This document shows positions 17,977 to 24,900 of a stretch of DNA of 24,900 nucleotides, one piece after another. The notes beneath the pieces were generated by a model, which searched no databases, was not told where the DNA came from, and was given only the letters and a program-made list of their open reading frames with translations. The first letter of the stretch is position 1. Each line of letters opens with the position of its first letter. A program made the translations under genes and the position numbers. Source of the stretch: Microcoleaceae cyanobacterium (lineage in GTDB: Bacteria; Cyanobacteriota; Cyanobacteriia; Cyanobacteriales; Microcoleaceae); the NCBI GenBank assembly GCA_051652765.1, contig JBOFUV010000047.1:1-24900 (forward strand). The letters are read 5' to 3'.

Positions 17977-18176
17977 GCCGTTGATGTAGTTTACAAGAGT
18001 TCACGACGGTCAGAGATGAACTTTGTTAAGATAACTCAACTGATTCAACACTTGATTCAACGCCAAGTTAAAGTTTGGACGATAAATCTGGAAACGATAG
18101 ATCTCAAAGTCAGGGGTGCTAAGCGCCGAACTGCAGTTTTGTAGGGTATCTAGGAGAATCCGCAGTCACGTTACCT

Positions 18177-20120
18177 ATGGAAAACTCTTCTAGTATCACT
18201 TTACTGATGGTGATTACGGTGGTCAGCGGCATCGGGGCTCAGGTTCTAGCCGCCTACTCCAAGGTTCCCTCTATCGTTTTTTTGCTGCTGTTTGGGGTTT
18301 TGGTGGGCAATGATGGCTTTGGCTTGATTCATCCCAATCTCCTGGGCAGTATTCTAGAGGTAATTGTCTCTCTTTCAGTTGCGTTAATCTTGTTTGAGGG
18401 CGGTTTGAGTCTTGACTTGCGAGCTTTAGGCCAGGTCTCGGGGAGTATTCGAAATTTAGTCACTTTTGGAACGCTAATCACCCTGGTTGGAGGGGGCATG
18501 GCGGCCCATTGGTTGGGAGAGTTTCCCTGGCCCCTGGCGTTTCTCTATGCGTCTTTAATTGTTGTGACTGGGCCGACGGTGATCGGGCCGCTGCTCAAAC
18601 AGGTTTCTGTTGATCGCAGGGTTTCGGCTTTGCTGGAGGGGGAAGGAGTACTGATTGATCCAGTTGGGGCAATTCTGGCGGTACTCGTCCTGAACGTTGT
18701 GTTAAACGGAAGTGCTGATCCTTTGAGTTTATTGCAAGATCTTTTGACCCGCCTAGGAACAGGGGTGGTGGTCGGGGGTCTGGGAGGTGCATTCCTGGGT
18801 TGGAGCCTGAACCAGAGCAAATTTCTGTCGGAAGATTTAAAAAATTTAGTCGCCCTGGCAACCCTGTGGGGGCTGTATGAATTGGCTGAACTGGGGGTGA
18901 GTGAGTCGGGACTGATGGCCACCGTTGTTTCCGGGATTGTCCTCCGCTTTGTGGGTGTGCCTGAAATCCGGCAGTTGCTGCGCTTCAAAGGGCAACTCAC
19001 CATGCTGTCCGTCTCTGTTTTATTCATTTTATTGGCGGCTGACTTGTCTTTGGCCAGTATTGGAGCTTTGGGATGGGGCGGTGTATTCACTGTTGCAGCC
19101 TTAATGTGGGTGGTACGGCCTTTGAATGTTTGGCTCTGCACTTTGAACAGCAGCTTAAACTGGCGGCAGAAATTGTTTGTGGCTTGGGTTGCACCCCGTG
19201 GGATTGTTTCGGCTTCCGTGTCCTCTCTGTTCGCGATCCTGTTAACTCAGCGGGGTATTAATGGAGGAGACGCAATCAAGGCCCTGGTCTTTCTAACGAT
19301 TATCATGACAGTGGTCATTCAGAGCCTGACCGCTCGCGGGATGGCGAATATTTTGGGGATTACGTCCAGCGCTGCAACTGGAGCTGTAATTGTGGGCTCA
19401 AACCCCGTCAGTCGTCTGATTGGTCGCTTGTTTCAAGAACGGGGGGAATCTGTTGTGATCATTGATACCAACCCAGAAGCTTGCGAACTGGCTCGGCAAG
19501 ATGGACTTCGGGTTTACCAAAGTAGTGCCTTGGATACCAGCATTCTAGAAGAGGCTGGATTGCAGTCTATGGGTACTTTTCTCTCTGTCACCTCCAACGG
19601 CGAAGTCAACCTAGTACTCTCAGAGCGGGCGGCTGAGGAGTTCAAACCGCCCCGAGTGCTGGCCATTTATCCCCGCGATCCTCAGGCAAAGACAACTGCA
19701 ACGGAAAAGGTACAACAAGCCTTTGTTCCGGACTTGTCCCTGAAGAAATGGAATGACTATCTCAATTCCCAAGAAGTCAAGCTGGGGGAGACGATTCTGA
19801 AACAACCTGGTTTAGAATTTCAACGATCCCATTTGCAGGCCCTGATTCGGTCTGAAGAGTTGATGCCGCTGTTGCTAGAACGACAAGGCAATCTACAAGT
19901 GATTCCAGCAACAGAAACCTGGCAGTTGGGCGATCGCATTATTTACTTGCTCCATGATCCCAAGCCCAAGCTGCTCAAACGGCTTTCTGGCTCCCAAACC
20001 TCAACCTTGACCCTGGAAAAACATCCGATCGTTGAAGAAGTCCCCATTCCAATTCCCACCCCCCGAGAAACCCCTCAGACCGTTCCAGCCAAGTTTCCTC
20101 AAGAACCAACCCAAGCGTAA
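18177..20120 (+). CDS. Cation:proton antiporter (CPA1/NhaP type) with C-terminal TrkA-N (KTN) domain
   Basis: Many hydrophobic helices, ILFEGGL, VTGPTVI, EGEGVLIDP and APRGIV. Rossmann-like AVIVGSNPVSRLIG...VVIIDTN domain. Confidence 0.92.
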   Translation: MENSSSITLLMVITVVSGIGAQVLAAYSKVPSIVFLLLFGVLVGNDGFGLIHPNLLGSILEVIVSLSVALILFEGGLSLDLRALGQVSGSIRNLVTFGTLITLVGGGMAAHWLGEFPWPLAFLYASLIVVTGPTVIGPLLKQVSVDRRVSALLEGEGVLIDPVGAILAVLVLNVVLNGSADPLSLLQDLLTRLGTGVVVGGLGGAFLGWSLNQSKFLSEDLKNLVALATLWGLYELAELGVSESGLMATVVSGIVLRFVGVPEIRQLLRFKGQLTMLSVSVLFILLAADLSLASIGALGWGGVFTVAALMWVVRPLNVWLCTLNSSLNWRQKLFVAWVAPRGIVSASVSSLFAILLTQRGINGGDAIKALVFLTIIMTVVIQSLTARGMANILGITSSAATGAVIVGSNPVSRLIGRLFQERGESVVIIDTNPEACELARQDGLRVYQSSALDTSILEEAGLQSMGTFLSVTSNGEVNLVLSERAAEEFKPPRVLAIYPRDPQAKTTATEKVQQAFVPDLSLKKWNDYLNSQEVKLGETILKQPGLEFQRSHLQALIRSEELMPLLLERQGNLQVIPATETWQLGDRIIYLLHDPKPKLLKRLSGSQTSTLTLEKHPIVEEVPIPIPTPRETPQTVPAKFPQEPTQA

Positions 20121-20315
20121 TCATAGACTCTAGAAAACTTTTGGTTTGGAGCGTTTTCAAGACAGCCGAGCGCTATACTATTGAAAGCAAATGCGTTCAA
20201 GAAATCTTTACGAAGTTATAGCTTTAAATCCTTAATTAATTGGGATTAAGCGCTCAGGTGTAAAGGAGTTTCTTACTTTGAATATCACTTTGAACATCAT
20301 ATTAAAGCAGGCTCC

Positions 20316-21434
20316 ATGAATTCAGGAATCGATTTACAGGGAAGCTTTATTCAGATTTTGACTGACCTTGGAATTCCACCTGGCGCAGCCAAGACCCTTT
20401 GGATGCCCTTGCCGATGGTACTGATGTTAGTCGCAGCAACGGTTGGAGTATTAGGATCAGTTTGGCTAGAGCGGAAGATTTCTGCAGCGGCTCAGCAACG
20501 GATCGGCCCAGAATTTATTGGCCCCCTTGGCATTTTGGCTCCTGTCGCTGATGGCTTAAAGCTACTGTTCAAAGAGGATATTGTTCCAAATCAAGCGGAT
20601 GCTCTCCTGTTTACGTTGGGGCCAATTATTGTAGCCATTCCCGTATTTTTGTCCTACCTAATTGTTCCCTTCGGTCAGAATATGGTGATTGCCGACCTGG
20701 GAACTGCAGTCTTCCTCTGGATTGCCCTGTCGAGTATCCAGCCGATTGGGTTGCTGATGTCTGGCTATGCCTCGAACAACAAGTATTCTCTCCTAGGTGG
20801 GTTGCGGGCTGCTGCTCAGTCCATTAGCTATGAAATTCCTCTGACTTTGGCTGTTTTGGCTGTTGTGATGATGTCCAATAGTCTGAGCACCTTGGATATC
20901 GTGGAGCAACAGTCTGGCTATGGTATTTTGGGTTGGAATATTTGGCGACAACCTGTGGGATTTTTGGTCTTCTGGATTGCAGCGTTGGCAGAGTGCGAAC
21001 GTTTACCGTTTGACTTGCCAGAGGCAGAAGAAGAGTTGGTGGCTGGATACCAGACGGAGTACTCAGGGATGAAGTTTGCCCTGTACTATTTGGCTTCCTA
21101 CGTGAACCTGATTCTTTCAGCTCTGTTAGTCGCTGTGCTTTATTTGGGTGGATGGGAGTTTCCAATTCCTCCCGAGTGGATTGCTAAAGGGCTCGGGGTT
21201 AGTGAGACAACGCCCTGGCTTCAGGTGATTTTAGGGTCTTTGGGCATCACAATGACCATCTTCAAGGCTTACCTCTTAGTCTTCGTGGCAATCTTGCTAC
21301 GCTGGACTGTTCCCCGAGTTCGGATTGATCAGCTTCTCAATCTGGGCTGGAAGTTTTTGTTGCCTGTTGCCTTGGTGAATCTATTGCTGACCGCAGGCTT
21401 AAAGTTGGCTTTCCCGGTTGCCTTTGGAGGATAA
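20316..21434 (+). CDS. ndhA: NAD(P)H-quinone oxidoreductase subunit 1 (NuoH)
   Basis: [71 protein letters not shown] and PRVRIDQL. Confidence 0.98.
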   Translation: MNSGIDLQGSFIQILTDLGIPPGAAKTLWMPLPMVLMLVAATVGVLGSVWLERKISAAAQQRIGPEFIGPLGILAPVADGLKLLFKEDIVPNQADALLFTLGPIIVAIPVFLSYLIVPFGQNMVIADLGTAVFLWIALSSIQPIGLLMSGYASNNKYSLLGGLRAAAQSISYEIPLTLAVLAVVMMSNSLSTLDIVEQQSGYGILGWNIWRQPVGFLVFWIAALAECERLPFDLPEAEEELVAGYQTEYSGMKFALYYLASYVNLILSALLVAVLYLGGWEFPIPPEWIAKGLGVSETTPWLQVILGSLGITMTIFKAYLLVFVAILLRWTVPRVRIDQLLNLGWKFLLPVALVNLLLTAGLKLAFPVAFGG

Positions 21435-21448
21435 GGCACAGAGAATCT

Positions 21449-21538
21449 TTGAGGGTCAGCCGTTGAGGGTTAGCGTTTAAGGGTGCACCCTTGACCTTGA
21501 GAGTGCGCGTTTGAGAGTAAGCGTTTGAGAGTAAGCAC
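21449..21538. repeat. Six degenerate 14-bp units (about TTGAGRGTNAGCGT) filling the ndhA-ndhI spacer
   Basis: Units start at 21449, 21463 and 21477, then after a 6-bp gap at 21497, 21511 and 21525. Confidence 0.75.
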
Positions 21539-21589
21539 TTAAAAGAGGGTATCAAAGTCTAACGTTTGAATCTTGAGCAGGAGAATCCA

Positions 21590-22189
21590 ATGTTAAAGTT
21601 TCTGAATCAGATCACCGACTACGCAAAAGAAACCTTGCAAGCGGCCAAGTATATTGGTCAAGGTTTGTCTGTCACCTTTGATCACATGGGTCGTCGCCCG
21701 ATTACCATTCAGTATCCCTATGAAAAGCTAATTCCCTCGGAACGGTTTCGAGGTCGGATTCATTTTGAGTTTGATAAGTGTATTTCCTGCGAAGTCTGTG
21801 TTCGAGTCTGTCCGATCAACTTGCCTGTTGTGGATTGGGAGTTTAACAAGGAAAGCAAAAAGAAGCAGCTCAAACACTACAGTATTGACTTTGGGGTTTG
21901 TATTTTTTGTGGGAATTGTGTGGAGTATTGCCCAACTAATTGTTTGTCGATGACAGAGGAATACGAACTAGCGGCCTATGACCGCCATGAACTCAACTAT
22001 GATAGTGTTGCCCTAGGTAGACTGCCCTACAAGGTAACCGATGATCCAATGGTGACTCCAATGCGGGAATTGGGTTACTTGCCGAAGGGAGTCACCGATC
22101 CTCATACGGTGCCTCACACCGCCCGTCGAGCGGGGCTTCGTCCAGAAGAAATTCTAGAGCAGACTACCAAAAAGTCTAGTGAGAGCTAG
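21590..22189 (+). CDS. ndhI: NAD(P)H-quinone oxidoreductase subunit I
   Basis: Two 4Fe-4S motifs, [12 protein letters not shown] and [12 protein letters not shown], plus QYPYEK and RFRGRIH. AGGAG lies just before ATG 21590. Confidence 0.98.
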   Translation: MLKFLNQITDYAKETLQAAKYIGQGLSVTFDHMGRRPITIQYPYEKLIPSERFRGRIHFEFDKCISCEVCVRVCPINLPVVDWEFNKESKKKQLKHYSIDFGVCIFCGNCVEYCPTNCLSMTEEYELAAYDRHELNYDSVALGRLPYKVTDDPMVTPMRELGYLPKGVTDPHTVPHTARRAGLRPEEILEQTTKKSSES

Positions 22190-22287
22190 TGAATGGAAGA
22201 TCTGCAAGTTGAAGAGGATATTCTGGCGGAACATAGAGTGAAAAGCGAAAGATTACCAGCAGAAGATTAGCAAAGGACAGAAGGATA

Positions 22288-22911
22288 GTGAACTTAGCAG
22301 AAGGGGTTCAGATTGTATCATTCGGCTTACTGGCAATAATGGCGTTGGGCTCTGCATTAGGAGTTGTCCTATTGACCAATATTGTTTACTCCGCCTTTTT
22401 GTTGGGTGGGGTTTTTATTGGAGTGGCGGGCCTATATCTCTTGCTCAACGCAGATTTTGTTGCGGCAGCCCAAGTCTTAATTTATGTAGGCTCCGTGAAT
22501 GTTTTAATTTTGTTTGGGATCATGCTTGTGAACAAACAAGAGGACTTCAAAGCTCTGCCTAATATTCAGCTCCGTCGATTGGCGACTGCTGGGGTCTGCA
22601 TTGGATTGTTTTCACTCCTGGCAACCATGGTTTGGTCTACCCCTTGGCCCATTCAGCCGACGGTCATTGCCAGTGAAGGCAGCTCAATTGTGACTATTGC
22701 TCAGCATTTCTTCAGTGACTTCCTCCTGCCCTTTGAACTGGCCTCTGTGTTCTTGCTGATGGCGATGGTAGGAGCAATTGTTCTAGCCCGTCGAGATCTG
22801 ATTCCTGACTTGGAGTCGGGACAGGTTGCTCAACCGCCAGTTTTAACCTTGCAGGAACGTCCCCGTGAGTTACTTGCCGTTTCTAGTGATAAAAGCCCTA
22901 ATCAGCCTTAA
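22288..22911 (+). CDS. ndhG: NAD(P)H-quinone oxidoreductase subunit 6 (NuoJ)
   Basis: NIVYSAFLL, LNADFVAAAQVLIYVG and DFLLPFELASV; position in the operon; GTG start after AAGGA. Confidence 0.97.
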   Translation: MNLAEGVQIVSFGLLAIMALGSALGVVLLTNIVYSAFLLGGVFIGVAGLYLLLNADFVAAAQVLIYVGSVNVLILFGIMLVNKQEDFKALPNIQLRRLATAGVCIGLFSLLATMVWSTPWPIQPTVIASEGSSIVTIAQHFFSDFLLPFELASVFLLMAMVGAIVLARRDLIPDLESGQVAQPPVLTLQERPRELLAVSSDKSPNQP

Positions 22912-22989
22912 TTCTCTAGGGGTTAACGTTGAAACAAGGCTAGAATCTTGCTAAATTTAGTTCGAGCTTTCGTTAAGCAAATCTTGTTT

Positions 22990-23301
22990 ATGCAATTGCA
23001 ACTTGAATATTTTCTACTCGTCGCCGCTGCTTTATTCTGCATTGGGATTTATGGGTTAATTACCAGTCGCAATGCAGTGCGGGTTCTGATGTCGATTGAG
23101 ATCCTCCTGAACGCGGTCAATCTGAACTTGATGGGCTTCTCCAATTTCTTGGATTCCAGTAGCATCAAGGGTCAAGTGTTTACTGTTTTTGTGCTAACTG
23201 TTGCAGCGGCAGAAGCTGCTGTCGGCTTGGCCATTGTATTGGCCATCTACCGAAATCGGGACACGGTAGACATGGAAGAGTTTAATCTGTTGAAGTGGTA
23301 G
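22990..23301 (+). CDS. ndhE: NAD(P)H-quinone oxidoreductase subunit 4L (NuoK)
   Basis: [23 protein letters not shown] and FNLLKW. ATG 22990 preferred over TTG 22948. Confidence 0.97.
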   Translation: MQLQLEYFLLVAAALFCIGIYGLITSRNAVRVLMSIEILLNAVNLNLMGFSNFLDSSSIKGQVFTVFVLTVAAAEAAVGLAIVLAIYRNRDTVDMEEFNLLKW

Positions 23302-23339
23302 GTCTCGGTTCAGTCAAATGGCTGTGCTGAAGGTTAATC

Positions 23340-23372
23340 GTAAAGAGGTGGGCATACTCACCTCTTTACTTT
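23340..23372 (+). terminator. Intrinsic terminator hairpin after ndhE, possibly bidirectional with acs
   Basis: 13-bp stem GTAAAGAGGTGGG / CTCACCTCTTTAC (one G-U pair), loop CATA, followed by TTT. Confidence 0.7.
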
Positions 23373-23475
23373 AAGATTCGTCCCGGCTGTCTAAGTCAGG
23401 CAAGATGCCCAACCTGCAAAATTTCAGGTATTTTTGGGTTATTTAATTCTCATTCCTAAGGCGGTACATTAACAC

Positions 23476-24900
23476 CTATGCTCCACCCCGCAATTTTTCC
23501 AAAACACTACGATCTTGAAGCGTTGAAGTATCTCCTGTAATCTCCTGACCAGAAACCAGATTTCGCAACAGTCGCCGCATGATTTTGCCAGAGCGGGTTT
23601 TGGGCAAATCATCGGTAAAACGAATTTCACCAGGACGGGCGATCGCGCCAATTTCTTGCACGACATGGGATTTGAGTTCTTTTTCTAGGGCTTCACTGGC
23701 TTGGTGGTCGCCTTCTAGGGTGACAAAAGCAACAATGTCTTCCCCCTTGATCTCATCCGGTTTGCCCACAACTGCCGCCTCAGCTACCGCAGGGTGGGAA
23801 ACAAGAGCAGATTCAATTTCCATTGTGCCCAAACGATGCCCTGAAACACTAATCACATCATCCACCCGACCCATCACCCAGAAGTAGCCGTCTTCATCTT
23901 GATGGGCTCCATCCCCCGCAAAGTAGAGATATTCCCCACTTTCGGGTCGAATATGTTCCCAATAGGTACGGCGGAACCGATCTGGGTCGCCATAGACAGT
24001 TCGCATCATGCTGGGCCAGGGATGCTTGATGACTAAGTAGCCGCCACTGTTGTCGGTGACGGGGTTACCGTTAGCATCTACCACGTCAACAATAATTCCG
24101 GGGAAGGGCAACGTCGCTGAACCTGGTTTTGTGGGGATAGCTCCCGGTAAGGGGGTAATCATAAACCCTCCCGTTTCAGTCTGCCACCAAGTATCCACAA
24201 TCGGACAACGCTCGCCACCAATAACGCGATGATACCAAATCCAGGCTTCTGGATTGATCGGTTCTCCAACGGTTCCTAAAATTCTGAGGGACGCTAAATC
24301 CCGAGCATTGGGATGATGTTCCCCCATTTTCATCAATGCCCGAATGGCTGTGGGAGCGGTGTAGAAGATGGTTACTCCATATTTTTCGATCACATCCCAG
24401 AGGCAACCGGGGTTGGAAGGTCGGGGCACTCCCTCGTACATTAACGTGGTTGCGCCATTGGATAGAGGCCCGTAGACAATGTAGCTGTGCCCGGTAATCC
24501 AGCCGACATCTGCTGTACACCAATACACGTCGGTATCCTTCAGATCAAAGGCCCATTTATTGGTGACATGGGTGTAGAGATTATAGCCTCCGGTCGTATG
24601 TACAACGCCTTTGGGTTTGCCTGTTGTGCCGCTTGTGTAGAGAATAAACAACATATCCTCGCTGTCCATCGGCTCTGCCGGACACTTGGCAGAAACCCCC
24701 TGTTGCAAGTCATGCCACCAGTGATCTCGCCCCGGTTCCATGAAAACCTTCTGTTCAGTCCGCTTGACCACCAACACATTATTAACGCTGGAGGCTCCGG
24801 TTTGGAGTGCTTGATCAACTTGTTCTTTCAGGGGCACAATAGCATCCTTGCGCCAGCCCCCATCGGCAGTGATCACCAACTTGGCTTCCGCGTCTTCCAG
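23476..24900 (-). CDS. acs: Acetyl-CoA synthetase (acetate--CoA ligase), 5'-partial
   Basis: [39 protein letters not shown] and [11 protein letters not shown]. The frame stays open to the window edge ([11 protein letters not shown]...). Confidence 0.97.
   Translation of the reverse strand: MEDAEAKLVITADGGWRKDAIVPLKEQVDQALQTGASSVNNVLVVKRTEQKVFMEPGRDHWWHDLQQGVSAKCPAEPMDSEDMLFILYTSGTTGKPKGVVHTTGGYNLYTHVTNKWAFDLKDTDVYWCTADVGWITGHSYIVYGPLSNGATTLMYEGVPRPSNPGCLWDVIEKYGVTIFYTAPTAIRALMKMGEHHPNARDLASLRILGTVGEPINPEAWIWYHRVIGGERCPIVDTWWQTETGGFMITPLPGAIPTKPGSATLPFPGIIVDVVDANGNPVTDNSGGYLVIKHPWPSMMRTVYGDPDRFRRTYWEHIRPESGEYLYFAGDGAHQDEDGYFWVMGRVDDVISVSGHRLGTMEIESALVSHPAVAEAAVVGKPDEIKGEDIVAFVTLEGDHQASEALEKELKSHVVQEIGAIARPGEIRFTDDLPKTRSGKIMRRLLRNLVSGQEITGDTSTLQDRSVLEKLRGGA

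Noticed and set aside
18545..19141. 198-aa minus-strand ORF
   Set aside because: Antisense shadow of the antiporter's hydrophobic coding region, with the Pro/Thr/Lys-rich composition expected from that.
23382..23420. CAGGCAAGATGCCC as a REP-like element related to the 9222-9238 hairpin
   Set aside because: Only a short partial resemblance with no complete inverted partner; too weak to call.
19938..23638. HIP1-free stretch over ndhAIGE as a sign of horizontal transfer
   Set aside because: These are conserved core cyanobacterial genes, and with 14 sites in 25 kb gaps of 3-4 kb are expected by chance.

Overview
Cyanobacterial chromosomal DNA: I count 14 exact HIP1 octamers (GCGATCGC), and there is an ndhAIGE operon and a cyanobacterial-type PEP-CTERM gene. 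The window is mostly core or housekeeping genes. In order: a 5'-partial receiver-histidine kinase hybrid, a YehQ-like double-SWIM protein behind a PstS-family binding protein, a stand-alone CHAT protein, an M1 aminopeptidase with HEAT repeats, the TIGR04283/TIGR04282 transferase pair, tRNA-Val(GAC), glyQ, a DppB-type permease, a PEP-CTERM protein, gcvT, a DUF427 protein, a GH25 muramidase, a CPA1/KTN antiporter, ndhA-ndhI-ndhG-ndhE and a 5'-partial acs. I found no prophage, integrase, transposase or CRISPR array. The best leads are: (1) a signal-less GH25 lysin carrying three copies of a 40-aa C-terminal repeat I cannot assign to a named family; (2) a 129-bp palindromic mini-element with 9-bp terminal inverted repeats and an apparent 21-bp target duplication that rewrote the kinase C-terminus; (3) a YehQ-like gene separated from its usual ATPase/VWA partners and coupled to a PstS-like gene; (4) many unrelated 11-17 bp tandem duplications at gene boundaries. 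All family assignments are from motif recognition by eye; no searches were run.
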